64,000 nt of DNA from positions 47,740,001 through 47,804,000 of the forward strand of contig NC_135658.1 in the NCBI RefSeq assembly GCF_964188315.1. The letters are read 5' to 3'. The notes beneath the pieces were generated by a model. That model made no database searches and was not told the origin of the DNA. It saw only the letters and a list, made by a program, of their open reading frames with translations. This DNA comes from Podarcis muralis (Eukaryota). Position 1 is the first letter of the stretch. Every line of letters starts with the position of its first letter. A program made the translations under genes and the position numbers. Of this stretch, positions 11,100-24,935 are shown one piece after another.

Positions 11100-12128
11100 T
11101 ATTCCAACAAAATTCTAATAGGATCCAATGGGATTTCTGTTTCAGTTATTGCCTCTTCAGTTATTATGTTTCCAAATTTTGAACATTAAGACATTTCTAG
11201 CAAATAGCGTATCTACCTTATGATATCTGTTTTCTTCTCCATGAAGTGATGTACCACCTTGCTAATATCTTATTTAAGTTTTCTAAAAATAGTTGCATTT
11301 GGTGAAAGATGGCTAGTCTTCTCCAGTGCCTATTTCTCAGGGCTTACTCAAGAGTATGCAGTACCAGACCTCTTTTTTTGTTGCTGCTAAAAAGTGTGGC
11401 ACTTCCTAACACCTCTCTTTTTTTTTTTGTTAAAAAATGTGACACTGTAACAACTTCATGGTGAGTACTGGCCCTTATTTTTCTAGGAAAAGAGCACTGG
11501 ACTCTTTCCCCATATTGCATCCCATTCTCTGGAATGTCGTTATTACATTTTACTGCCAAGTTGTCACAATACTTATTTTTGCTCTTTGTTCAGTTCTAAC
11601 ATATATCATGGGGATCATTTTCTGGTTTCTTCTGTAATATTAGTTATCAAAATACAGCCCCTTTTCCTATTCTATTCCCTTTAAGACTTTCCAACAGAGT
11701 TGGTAAAAGGGATTCAGCTGCTAGTCGTTAACCGTAGACAAATCAAGTGACAAAAGGGAATGGGGGGAACCATAGGCACCTCCATTTTAAGTAAGAAAGT
11801 CTGTATCCCCCCCCCCAAATGGTTTAGAAGTAATAATTTCAGAAGTGAGAATCATGCAAACTTCTTAGCCTCAATGGTAACCCTGCTTACTTGGGAGTAA
11901 GTCCTTAGAATTCAGTACGATTTACTTCTGACTAAAGATGGTTAGGGTTGTGCTGCTTAGGTAGTTCCAAGACCAGAGCTTTCAAAACTGTGTTGCAACA
12001 CATTAGTGTGTCACACAAACACTCCCCACACTCCTCCTGGGGCTGGAAAGGGGTTACTTTAACCTCCGGCTTGCTAGTAAAACTGAATAACTGTGTCGTG
12101 AAATTATGCATGTCTAAAAAGTGTGTCA

Positions 12129-12494
12129 AAAGGGATGTGGGTGGCGCTGTGGGTAAAACCTCAGCGCCTAGGACTTGCCGATCGCATGGTCGGCGGTTCG
12201 AATCCCCGCGGCGGGGTGCGCTCCCGTTGCTCGATCCCAGTGCCTGCCAACCTAGCAGTTCGAAAGCACCCCCGGGTGCAAGTAGATAAATAGGGACCGC
12301 TTACTAGCGGGAAGGTAAACAGCGTTTCCGTGTGCGGCTCTGGCTCGCCAGATGCAGCTTTGTCACGCTGGCCACGTGACCCGGAAGTGTCTGCGGACAG
12401 CGCTGGCTCCCGGCCTCTAGAGTGAGATGAGCGCACAACCATAGAGTCTGTCAAGACTGGCCCGTACGGGCATGGGTACCTTTACCTTTACCTT
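12129..12494 (+). mobile_element. Sauria SINE, full length
   Basis: 14-bp TSD TAAAAAGTGTGTCA at 12115-12128 and 12495-12508. Confidence 0.95.
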
Positions 12495-15121
12495 TAAAAA
12501 GTGTGTCACCAACATGAAGTTTGGAAAGCTCTGCCACAGACTTCTGTTTCTCACCTGCAGAGAATGTGCACTCACATGTGTGAGTTCCAAGATGCTGTAT
12601 CTGTATCATTGGCACTTCTGGATGCCCACTTCCATAAAACATTTAAGATGGCACTGACAAAATCAGGTCAGAGGCCTTGGAACATTCTGTTCCAGAATAC
12701 AAGCATACAACCACTGGCCCTGATCTATATACACTAAACCATTTGGAATGGACCCATGGAAGTCTAACTCTTAAATGCTATTGATTTTTTTAAAAAACAA
12801 TCCATTTCCATTTAAACAGCTTTTAAAAATTCTGCTTCTCCTACTGTAATTGAACATAGTAAAGAAACATTTTAATAAGTTTTTTTCTAAAAATATCTCA
12901 TGTGGCATACAGACAATTCACTGATAGGGCTGCTCCACTGACCACCCTCCTCAAATTCAGAATTTTAGTTAAATTCAGACATTAAAATGACACAGATTTT
13001 GCTAAAAGGTCCCATTTGTGCTATTTATTTCCCTCCTCCCCTTGGATTGAGGGGTTTACTATGCAATCATATGTTGATGTGAAGGCTTTGATTCACACGG
13101 GAAATTACACGTATGTGTGGTGGTAGGTAAGGTTCATGCCCAGCCCCAGCCCCCATTGAATATACAAATGAAAGCAAGGGTTCTTAAATTGTCAAACCCC
13201 AGAACCACTGGGATGACTTAATATTACTGAGACCCACCAGTCACAAAATGGTGGTGCAGTGGCAAGAGCCCATCACAAATTTGATGCAAGCAGAGGCTGT
13301 ATTTGGCACGATCAGTTGACACCTTCCTACTGATAACTAATCCATATTTAGAAATTGCCAAATGTTCTTTCCCACTGACTGAAGAAAGCAATGTTAAGGA
13401 AAACAGGACTACAAAACTGCCTGCAAAAGTGACCCTTTAAGCCAAATCTTGATGTAGGTGTTACAGACAGGCTACTGTTTCATTCCGTCCATCCCCACCC
13501 TGAACAATAAAATCCCTTAAATTGACCAATTTTCTAAGATTTCGCAGAGCAATTGAAACCAATGAAGTTTTTGTTTGCCTCAGAGATATTAAACACACAG
13601 ACACTGTACTTTTTGGAAGATAGTAAGTATACACAGAGCAAACTAAATACACACATAATATAGCACACAAAGCCTAGAAGATTCCAAATCCAAACAGGAT
13701 TGACATGTAACCTCAGTTCTAAGCCTGAAGGGGCTATAAAAATTCCAAAGTATACAGTTTTTCAAATTATTATCTTATGTGTTATCAAATCAATGAAAAG
13801 TGGAAACATATTGAATATAGAATATAGTTGTGAATATGTTCAAGTCACCAGATCAAATTTTCTGCTGGTGTAGCTCTACTGAATGCTAGGAAACTTGGTC
13901 CATAATTTTGTTTTGCAATTCAGAGTGAAAACTGCTAAGTTCCATCTTCAGGCCTATTTATATATTACCTGACAAAACTGATGTCTACTGTGAATTATGG
14001 ATATAGCAGTCATTATCTTCCAGGAGCACCTTGAAAGCGAGATGTCTAATCTCAATAATGCAAGTTTCCTGGTTAAATAAATCCCCTGTGCTCAGTAATT
14101 CTGTGCATTTATAGAAGACATGTCAACTCCCCACCTCATCAGACCTTAAAAAACATTTTAAAGCCTCCAGGGGATTTGCATCCTCACTAAACAGAATTGA
14201 TTTCTGTACTCACTACTTAGTATTCTCTTAATCACACAGTTCATGCATTTCTATTTGGTAATGGACTGGCAAACCTCTAAGAGCCAGTCAGTTTTTTTCA
14301 GACATTTGCTGCAAGAGGCTTCCTCCCTTCACGTACTCAGCCTTTTTGTTACTTGTAATGGTTTTTTATTTTATTTTGCTTTTTGAATGCAATCATCGAG
14401 AGCATCAGTCAGTGGGGAGGGGGAGGGGACATGACTGAGACAGCTTAGACAACAGGCACCTGTCTTTCTAATCCAGTGCTTAGCCAGGTCTTGGGAAAGT
14501 ATTTAAAAACAGAAATTTGAAAGGTGTTTGGAGATATTCCAACCTGCTTTCTAAGAAGGCTTACCTCTCTTTCCTTAAATGTATCTAACTAGGTTAGGAT
14601 TCTCCAAGTATGTCCTTGTATGAAGGACTTGAAGGCATGCAATTTCTAATTTTCCTGACGGTGCCATTCCCCACATTGCTGCGAGAATCAATTAGCTGTA
14701 TATTTAAAAAGACAAGTGGAAAAGGTGTGCATGTGCCTACCAATGAGGATGCTATGGAAAATAGGAAACTGCCTCACAAAGAGTCAGACCATTTGTTCCT
14801 CTAGCTCAGCGTTGTCGTCACTGGCAAGGGTTCTTTCCCAGCCCTACTCAAGACCTTTTGCATAGCAATGAAAATTCCCCGCTTCCAACTCTCTAAGGGC
14901 AACAGAGATGGTGACAGACATGGAACTAGTGCATTCACCCTCTACCCATTCATGTTGTCCACTTGTTCAATAGCATAATGCCTAAATAGGGCTTCACAGC
15001 TACCTGCAGTGAGTTTAAATTTTAGCCAGGATGTCTTGTCCAAGACACATTGCTGTCTGAGACACATTATCAAATGAGGCCTGCTTCTCCTTCAAGACAC
15101 ATAGTACTCAAGGCCAGTCAA

Positions 15122-15822
15122 TTTGCATGTTCAGACCCAGAGACCTCCCCCCTAAGTAAATTCACACTTGACTCAAATTTTAGTTTGGTTTTTGGCAGAA
15201 TTTAGGCCACAACTTTATTGATTACAGAAAGTGAGTGGTTGCATAGGCTCTGGTTCGACTAGCTCCCTGCTCCCTTGCAGGCAGTGCTAACCCAGGGCAC
15301 CAGCATAGGCGGAAAGCCGGGAACAGACTCTGTTCACCACCCAGATGTCCCCCTGGACTCAGGCATGGGCACAGCCCCCTCTCAGGGGTTGACCAAACCA
15401 TTTGAGTCCCTGGATTCCTTTAATGGAATACCCTTCACATAGGGATGGTGAGAGCGTTCTCCCATCCCTATCACATGAACCTTATTTGCTATGTGGCAGG
15501 CTAAACCCAAATGGCCACAGCCAATCAGCCAAGTGGGAAAATTCCTGCCATGTCCCTGTTCCAACGAAAGATGACACACGACGGGATAGCAAGGTCAAAC
15601 GCAAAAGCCCTAATAGTACAGAGATGTGGGCGGGTGTTCCAAATGCATGCGCTGAAAGAGCTCTGGGTCACGTGCATGGGTATAAATAGGTCCCTCAACC
15701 CATTTGGACTGTGCCCCATTGGGCTGAACTCAACATCGAGGGACCTACCAATCGGGTGTTGTGGCTGACCAATCTTACCCACCCACAACACAGGAGGTCA
15801 GTCTCCAGGTCTCACCACAACA
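15122..15822 (-). mobile_element. Solo LTR-like element, copy 1 of 4
   Basis: Minus strand starts TGTTGTGGTGAG, with ATTGG/CCAAT boxes, TATTTATA at about 15681-15688 and AATAAAGTTGTGGCC at 15205-15219. Shares motif blocks with the other three copies. Left boundary approximate. Confidence 0.65.
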
Positions 15823-16799
15823 CGTGCCCTCTTTTAAGGAGGACATAATTTATTTTGGCACCTGAGGCAAACATTTTCTCTGTTGCCTCTCATTTTCCCT
15901 GGGAGTAAAGAATTTAGAATGACTACTAGCGCTAAGGGCTTATGAGCACAATTTGCTGCCCTTCATGACACTTATAATTAGCTGCCTGGTGAAGCCGGCT
16001 GTCTCACTTTACCTCATGGTTGGTCCAGTCCTGAATTTAACTTGACATATATGTAGCGTATGACAGTGATGGCCACCTCCACTCCTCAGTTTTTGGTGCT
16101 TAGTGATATACTTTCTCCTGATAGTGTTTTAGTTAACTATTCTGGCTGAAAATTATTAATAGACCTAGGCTCCATGGCCACCATCCTAGACAGCAATGGT
16201 ACACATGAACATTTTGAAAGCTGTTGGTGATGAGACCCCCTCCGCCCTGCCACTACCAATCAATCACCTCCAATAGTGATTTGAGACTGTACAGATAATC
16301 TTTGAGTTTGTATTCTTTTGTGTTATAGTACACAGTGCATTGAGATATTTAGTGTACAATATACCTTCATTTTGCATACAGAGTTTGTGCTTGATGAGGC
16401 TCTACTCTCTGTATTCCTTCGTTGTTTGATACCAATCAATCACCTTGCAGAATAGACAGGTCACGTTTTCATTTAAACCTAGCTTGTCTGTTCAGCCAGG
16501 TGATCAACTGCAGTACAAACTTTCAAAACACTTCCACCTACAAGTGTTCTACTTCCCTCTCAGCTATGGCTGTCTAGGATTTCAGCCATTCTTTTATCTA
16601 ATATTTTTTAAAGATCATCATGACATTGGATAGTGATTCCATAAGTTAATTGTGTATTGTGTGAATAAGTACTTCTTTTTTGTCTGTTATGACCCAACAG
16701 ACAACTTTCTTTATTGGGTGACCCTGAGTTGTGGATTATGGGAGAGGAGAAATTATCTCTTTCCACGCACACCACACCATTAAGAATTGTGTGCCTTTG

Positions 16800-17090
16800 C
16801 TCATGTTCTCTTCAATCAACTTTTTAAAAAACTAAAAAAGCCCCAGTCTACTTAACCTTTTATCGTAAGATTGATTCTCAGCCTACTTGATTTTAATTTC
16901 TCTTTTCCCGTTCTACAATAGTTCTGCTTTTGACATGGAGCAACTAGAACTATACACAAAATTTCAAACGTGGTCACATCATGGATATTATATATTTTAG
17001 TATTAAAAACATGGCACTTGCCATTTTATCTTCTATCTAGTGCCTAATAATTCATAATGTTGACTTTGGCTTTTCAACTGTTGCACTTCT
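16800..17090 (-). mobile_element. Ancient CR1/L3 LINE fragment
   Basis: AGAACTATACACAAAATTTCAAACGTGGTCACATCAT.. resembles the antisense CR1 RT C-terminal region. Heavily decayed. Confidence 0.5.
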
Positions 17091-19231
17091 TGGCATGTAT
17101 TGGGAGAAAATAACTTTTAACAAAATGGTTGTGTGAATTACCTCAGAGTCAAAGGTTCATTGGTAGGTTGTATAGTGAAACAGTTGAGAACTACTGTGCT
17201 ACAGTAACTATAGCAAATAAAGGGGAGCATTATGAAATCAGTGCATTGTTAGGCTTTGTGTAACAAAGGTCCACTCCATAAGTCAAAGAAAATGCATTTT
17301 TTGGCCACAGTCCAACACGTAGTTAACTGTGGTTAAGCCCATTCATGAATTAAAAATGTGCTGAGTTCATTTCCAGAGCATCTTGTACCTCAATGCTTCA
17401 ACCTAAACTCAAGGAGAAATAAAAAAAAAGCAGCTCTGGAGGAAGAAGTGGGAGAAGTGGGACAAGCTTACCAAGATCTTAAAAAGCTGTAGACACTAAG
17501 GCACTTGAGACCAAATACTTTTACATCAAAGGATGGCCCACTCCCTTTGCTGTTATTTTACCATAAGCCTTCAAAGCCGAGCTCCTTGGAATAATATGAC
17601 ATTTTTATCCTGAATAACCAAGACAGTGCCAATAGTTTTCAAAACACTATTGAATCAAGATGTGACCCCAAACCTATTCAGTTTAAACGCACCAAAGAAA
17701 ATACTGGCTCAGGTGGATAGAGATGCCCATGAATAGGTTTCAGACATGCAGTAAGAACCACTTCTGACATGGCCATAAGTACCATGCCTTTTTAGAACTG
17801 GGCTCCCTGACCATTATACTTGAAAGTGTCTGTATCAACTTTAATCAAAGTATTGTGATATGACTGGGTTGTGGATCAGGCTGGAGATGATTAAGTATTA
17901 AGTGATAGCACTATAGGCAAAATGAAGAGAGCAAGCAGTGAAGGTGACTTTCACCTTAACTGGTCATTTTTGTGCTTTGAAGTATTTTTGAATTGTTCAG
18001 CAGTGTGTGACCTGATACAACCTTAACTTTCACTGAACACATTATAAGTGAAAGTCAGGTTGACGGGAAATGATGTGTTCATTATTTTTATGCTGTAAAA
18101 CTGGCATAAACACTTAGATAAATCAAGGTTTCGAAACATAAATTATCTTTTAAAGGAACTTGACCCCAAAATGCCTGCTTCATTCCAAAATCTTTAGGGT
18201 CTGGCAAGTTATGTTTTCAGCTGGAATAAACTAGTTTGCGATGTTTGGCTTGCTTTGTATTAGTAAAACTCTGGCAAAGCAACAATTTACTTTCATTTAA
18301 GTCATAGACTATTATTGCTAATAAAAAAAACCTCACACTTTCCATCTTGTTTAATGTATAAGCAAGATAAATTGTTAACACTCGACAACTCCCCAGGCAG
18401 TAATGAATGACACAGTTTTCTCTGTTATCCCTGATAACGTTTAGGATCCGGAAAGCTGCTTAATCCTCCTTCTACACATTCCCATCTGTGCTTTACAGCC
18501 AACATAGTGAATTACTACATTCTATAGCACTGTTTTGGGCACGATTTCATATTTTTAAAGCCTAGATAATTCAACTCTGCAGTATATGTTTAATATACTG
18601 CAAAAAGGTAAAATGCCTAAGAAAGCCTAAGCAAATAAAACTGTTGCATTTAAGAGATAGATGGAGGCTTTCGAGAAAGTAGAGCATCATAAACATTGAT
18701 TGGAATACAGTGCTAAGCCAAACTAATCACTTTGTTTTCAGAAAACCAGCATTGCCAACTCAGAGATAATCATTCATTATTTGTAAGCTATTTCAGTGCA
18801 ACTGATGCTGACAAATATGGCTGGAGAAAATATTTTAATTATACCTTAAGTGTCTTACCACCTCTACCTAGCTGGCACATCTACTCCACTTTAATGTTGT
18901 GGCTTTTTTCTTCAGTTTATTTTAATCACATTTTCAGCCTGAGCCTAAAACCTGCCATGCTGGCCCATGTGCTTTGGATGATGGGTGCATAGCATTTTGC
19001 CAGCAATGCTGCAAAATATTAGTTGCAGTCAGTCATATAGGTAGAAGTGACTATGTCAGGGTTGCCAAGGCTCATTTTTGTGAGAAGTCTGAATTTGGCT
19101 TGCATTTCATATAGTTCTTTAGGTGTGTTTGTTTCAGGGTGTTTTATCAAGGTTTTTCATCTAGTGCTCATTGAAGGCAACCCAATGCCACACACTGATT
19201 TGAGAAATCATTGGATGAAATCTGAAGGATC

Positions 19232-20070
19232 TGTGAGTTACATGGATATGTTATACCACTTTCCTCTGACTGTGAGGCAAAGCCTCTCCTCCTCACAGAG
19301 TGGAGGCATTGTGAGCGGGAAGCATTCCTGTGGCAGCAGCAGGGCGTGTTCGGCCCCCTGCGTCATCTCCTGGCTGCCACGCCGCCCCCTTGGCTGGCCA
19401 GCCAATAGGGCTGGTCTGGGGGAGGGGCTTAGCCGCATTGAAGCGGCCACGGCAGCCTCCACACCTCATTCAGCCCTCGGAAGACGACGGATCACCCGCC
19501 CATCTGCCCTTTAGGCTAGGTTCATGTTTCTGACCTTGCTATGGACTTTGGTTGGTCACCCTGGTTGTACAGGGGGCCTGGTAGGAGTTTTTATCCATTT
19601 GGCTAATTGGCACCAGCCTCTTGGTTTTTTGCCTACTTCGTAGCAATTATTCACAACTTTTCCGGTATTGGCGGTTAGACATTGGAATATGTGTTGTGCT
19701 TTTGTGGGTGGGGTTTGGCCACCACCTACCCCGGCCCTTGTAGGGTATTCTGTTAAAGGAATCTGGTGGTCGTGGATCCTGTCCGATGCCCTTTCGGTGG
19801 CTAGGGCCATGGCACAATCCCCGGTGACATCAGGGGAAGCTTCCAGTTGTATTTGCATCAACAAGCTCCTTCCACTGTTTTTAAGGTTAACAAAGACCCC
19901 CCTGCTGCGTGAATGGGGTCATATATAGGTTGTTTTATCCAATGCCTAAGCCAATACCACTCACATGCTGTAACCAATAAAAGTTGTGGCCTATTTTCAG
20001 CCCAATAACCTAAATTCTTACGTCGTTATCTCTTATTTACCACCACGCGGGTTCAGTTCCTTGACTCACA
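19232..20070 (+). mobile_element. Solo LTR-like element, copy 2 of 4
   Basis: Termini TGTGAGT...ACTCACA (7-bp inverted, TG..CA). AATAAAAGTTGTGGCC at 19976-19991 and shared motif blocks. No clean TSD. Confidence 0.7.
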
Positions 20071-20806
20071 AACTAATCTGAGAGAGAAAGAGCAACTGGC
20101 CCAGTGTCACCTAGTGACCACTGTGATGGAACAGGGCTTTAAACAGGTCTGAATCCAACATGGTGATTACTATACCAAACTGGCACTTGAATATCTGCAA
20201 CATGTTTCCTTGTTACTTGTGTACAGTAACAATAAGCTAGATACAAGCAGAATGGGAAACAATGCTTCTTTACATCCCTAATTTCCACACAATGGGTTGG
20301 AAACCTACCTACTCAGGAGTTTGCTCCAGTGAGCTCAATGAGACTTAACTCTGACTAGACATGTGTCGAATTCAATGAGAGCTATGACAAACTGCTCACA
20401 TTGGTTTTAGTAGGCCCTACATGTGGCTAATTTGGTCTGTCTAGAACCCCCAAATCCAGAACATGCCAGCAAAATTAATACCCTTTCTGGAAAAAAGACA
20501 CTTTATTATTGGAAATGCCTGTCTTGCAAAACACTGTTTCTCAAGTGTAATATATATAATATGAGCTAGTGGAAGGTACTTCATGGGCAATGAAGCATGT
20601 CAGAGTCTCACTGAGGCCAGCATATGGATGATAACAGCTGGTTAACGTTAAACCCTATCAGAAAGGAATATATGCTTATATTCAGATACATTAAAGGGTT
20701 TGACAGATTACAGAATGACTCTGATCCATCTAAAGCTAGTCATGCTGAAGCTCATTCAAACCCATGGGTAGGTAAAAGGTAGGACACATGGTTAAGGACT
20801 TAAGTA

Positions 20807-20975
20807 CCATATTTTTCGCTCTATAACACGCACCCGACCATAACACGCACGTAGTTTTTAGAGGAGGAAAATCCATAGGCATGCCACCCGTAGGCATTCC
20901 CTCCATAACACGCACAGACATTTCCCCTTACTTTTTAGGAGGAAAAAAGTGAGTGTTATGGTGCAAAAAATACGG
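20807..20975. mobile_element. Tc2/pogo-like (Kanga/MER104-type) MITE
   Basis: TA|CCATATTTTT...AAAAATACGG|TA, with internal ATAACACGCAC repeats. Confidence 0.8.
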
Positions 20976-21970
20976 TATATAGCTAACTTTGAATGTCTAG
21001 GTCCACAAAGGTGCATAATCAATGTGCAAATACTATACAGCCCACCAATTCCCTGAGGGAACAAGAAATCCCCCATACCCTTCATGTTGCAGCAATGGTC
21101 AATCTACTTAAATTGTCCCCCTCAGACTTCCTCCAAGGACAAATCCAGCACTCAACTGCATGCAATAGCCTCATATTGTCTGCATGCAGACTGCTTAAGC
21201 TTTTAATTGTTTAAAATTGCACATTAGTTGGCAATGTTTAAAGGAGGGAGAGAGAATGCTTTACATTTACTTATGTTTGTTTACTATCAAATAGACCAAT
21301 AAACTTTTTAAATGCACATGAAGTAAGAGCCAAATTATATCAGGGACTCTTGTCTTAGCTGTCATTATCTTTTCATTTTTCAGCCCCATCCACCACAGGA
21401 CACCAGTGATACAGCGCAATATTTTGCTGCAGGGCCCTGCTTGTGTATACAGTATATAAATTATAATAATTAATTATAATTATTTCATGTGAAGGGAGCT
21501 ACTGTAGCTGTGAATGGGTGATTCAGTCAGAGCTTAACTGAGACAGTGCACAGCAGGGTCTAGACTTGCAATGTATTTTCCCAACTATGTTAGATGAAAA
21601 GCTGTGTACACGATGCAGGCAATTTGGGGTTGTACGAAATCAAGTAGTGGAAACTTGATCTCACTTGCACTCCTCATTATTACAGCTCAAGTACAAAGGA
21701 CAAATACTTTATAGTACAGAATTATTGGGTTACAATGAGGTCGGAGAACTGGAGATTGTCCAAAATAAATTTCCAAGGGCACTTTTAATGCTTCTCCGAA
21801 GTACCTTTACAGATTGTTTCAGGCCAGAGGTGGGACAATCTTCTATCTCAAACACCAACTGTACTTTTATTAGTTACTGCCTTAAAACCAGAACATAAGT
21901 CTGGATCACCTAGCATTGCTTTATAGCTTGAGAAATTTGAATTCATAGCAGACTGGCTTTCTTGGCTGTA

Positions 21971-22195
21971 CAGTCGTACCTCGGGTTACATACCTTTCAG
22001 GTTACAGACTCCACTAACCCAGAAATAGTACCTCGGGTTAAGAACTTTGCTTCAGGATGAGAACAGAAATCGCGCGGCGGTGGAGCGGCGGCAGCGGGAG
22101 GCCCCATTAGCTAAAGTGGTGCTTCAGGTTAAGAACAGTTTTAGGTTAAAACGGACCTCCAGAATGAATTAAGTACGTAACCAGAGGTACCACTG
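21971..22195. mobile_element. Tigger-like Tc1/mariner MITE
   Basis: TA|CAGTCGTACCTC...GAGGTACCACTG|TA. Confidence 0.9.
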
Positions 22196-22377
22196 TATAA
22201 TACAAGACCAGCTAGGGCTCTTTTGCCTCTTACTGGTGTGGAAGCCACCACCACTTATGTCTGCTTCTTCTCATGCTGCTCCTTTATAACCACAAATACT
22301 TCCAGCCATAAAACAGTTACTCTCATGCAGCCAAAGAGGATGGCAAACCAGCTTACAACCTGGTTTCAGTAAAGTCC

Positions 22378-22756
22378 TGTATTTTTCCATCTATAAGACG
22401 CCCCCGTCTATAAGACACCCCCTATTTTGGGGGCCTCAAAATTTAGAAAATGGGGGGTTGAGCTTTTGGGGAGGGTTATTTGTGGGGAGATGCCGAAAGT
22501 CGAACAAAGTGCGAGCCTGAGATTGTAAGCGGTGATTGTAAGCGATGCGAGCAGTTGTGTACTGCATTCTGGCGGGTGAGCTATTTTCAGCATCCCCCCC
22601 TAAACAATCAAGTGGCCAATCGCCTCTTACAATCTTGGTTCATGCCAAAAAAAACATTTGCACATCCCCTCTCAGCACTACCTATGTATAAGACGAGCCT
22701 AAATTTTGAACCTCATTTTTGGGTCAAAAAAGCTCATCATACACGGAAAAATACAG
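22378..22756. mobile_element. Tc2/pogo-like MITE
   Basis: CTGTATTTTTCC...GGAAAAATACAG|TA, with TATAAGAC subterminal repeats. Confidence 0.8.
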
Positions 22757-23736
22757 TACTATTTGTTTGAATATTCACTGGAACGAAGGTTTTTTTATAG
22801 AGAAGCATCAAACGAAAAACCGATAAACGTATTTTCAAATGTGTCTACTGCACTTGGCTTTCACATTATGTCTATGAAACAAAATGGATGGTTGCTATTT
22901 TTAGTCTATCTTGACTTACGTGCGTACATGTTTGTGGATGTGGGTTTATTGGAAGTCTTATTATTTGCATGCATTACTTGCTGTATGTGAGGTTAGATGT
23001 GAAGATATGTTATTACTAATATTATTAGAAGCAGGGTTGCATGTAACTGCTCTGATAACATAATGAGTACAAATTGTCATGAGTGCACAATACAAAGGAT
23101 TCCACTGGAGAGGCACAGAGAACCATGGGAAAGGGTAGAGCAGACAGTGAATTAAGCTACAAAAGGCTGAATTAAGGATGGGGCCATGAAAAAGCACAAC
23201 TCTTAAAATCAAGCTGCATTCTATGAGACAGGATATGTAAAGGAAGTGATGTGAAGCAGGCATTGGCCTAAAACCAAGAACCTGAGGAATGGGTGGTTGA
23301 GACATGAAGAAATCGGGAGCCAAGGAAATTAAATCAAGGTGGGGAATGGAACTAGGGCTGTGCACTATTGGCCCCAAAAAAGTTAAACAAAGGAGTTTGG
23401 GAATAATAAGCTGCAATCCCTGATGTTAAGTCCTGTTGAACGAAATCGAACTTACTTCTCACTAGACATGTATAGGATTGCATTGTTAGGGATTTTAGGA
23501 CATGGCTGCAGCATCTGAAAGAGCTGCATAGAAGTGAATTCTTGCTTTTGCAGATTCTACTCTCACTGCAGCAAATCAAATCAAAGAGGTCAATAAAAGC
23601 TAAAACAAAGTGTATGTGTTTGAGAGGGAGATTTAATTATTGATTTGAACTAACCAGCCAATTCTTCAGCTGCATGCTATTAGTGAGTTCCAATAGCTGC
23701 TAAGACTGTGCTTTGTTCTCTATTTACTAGGCAGAT

Positions 23737-24735
23737 AGTTACGTGCTGAGGCCCCACAGCACCCGTCATCACATCCAACAATTACTGGATAAGAAAGAGT
23801 GCATTGGGATGAAATAAGGCCACCACTTTATTGAATTACAGATATCCTAGGTGTGGCATAGGCATTGGGTATTACCATTGATTTCAGGCCCACCTGCCAG
23901 AATTAAGTTATCAGGTCAACAAACAGTGAGAGGGGTCCTGGGACCTACATCATATTGGGTCACCTGTTGCAGGATTACTGTTTTGAGGAGTGCTGTGGTC
24001 CCCCCCCCCACCTGGGCATATGGACAGAAGCAATTCCTCCTGGATCCCTTTAACGGAATAGCCAGTTCTTGGAAGCGCAGGCAGAGGCTAGAACCTCCCC
24101 TCCAGCCAAGACTAAGGCTTACCCAATGCCTATAGCACCAAAACTGTGATGATTACTATGAGGTAGATGAAAACCACAAGGCATGAACCATTTTGCCTGG
24201 TGGGAGAAATTCCTGCCAGACCCTGAATATGGTGGCCAACAATGACCATAGCAAGTTCATGCCACAATGAATTGGCAGAGCACATAGGGAGGGAGAGAAG
24301 GAGACAGGGAGACCCGGTGAAGAATTGCAACCCAGGGTCAAGGGCAGGCTGGTATTTATTCCCTAGGAGCAGTGCTTTTTTGGGTGGCCTACACAGGGGT
24401 ACGCATACCCCTAAATATTTTGTGAATGTTTGTACTTTTGTCCATTTATTGTATTTATTTTTCCTGATTTGAACGATAAAATGGTGATTTTCTTGAGTCA
24501 AAATGAGAGTACTCATAAACATATTTTTTAGGGGGGGGGGAAAGCACTGCCTAGGAGTGAACCCAAGGGAAGTCTTGGCCTCTGTTGGGCCTATCCCCAG
24601 GGAGGTGCCTGTCATTCAGGCCTGCCCAACATGGGCCAATTCATGGGTAGGCCTGAATCGAAAACCTGGCTAATGAAGCAAGCCACTTCACCAGCTGGAA
24701 AACCTAAGATTGGAGGGCCACATGGGATCATGACA
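23737..24735 (-). mobile_element. Solo LTR-like element, copy 3 of 4, interrupted by a hAT MITE
   Basis: Minus strand starts TGTCATGATCCC, with AATAAAGTGGTGGCC at 23818-23832 and shared motif blocks. Boundaries approximate. Confidence 0.6.
24370..24549. mobile_element. hAT MITE with perfect 8-bp TSD
   Basis: TIR CAGTGCTTT...AAAGCACTG. TSD CCTAGGAG at 24362-24369 and 24550-24557. Confidence 0.92.
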
Positions 24736-24935
24736 TAATGCAGAGGCACCAGGCTGCAATGCAGACTTATGGGATTACCCATTTTGAGTCTGCCAGTATT
24801 TTCTGCTCATTCAACTATAAGGATCAGTGGTAGAGTACATGGTTTGTAAGAAAAGGAAGCCAAATGGTTTCTTAAAATGGATGTTTCTTCTCCATTCTTC
24901 ACACATTCCCAGTGTCTCCATATTCTTTAGATTGT

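Noticed and set aside
18422-18432. 11-bp match CTGTTATCCCT to the I-SceI site
   Set aside because: Partial match only, consistent with chance, and no homing endonuclease context.
19238-19462. ORF ending LCLTVRGKWYNISM, reminiscent of a cytochrome b5 domain start
   Set aside because: It stops before any HPGG motif, has no splice partner, and lies entirely within (antisense to) solo LTR copy 2.
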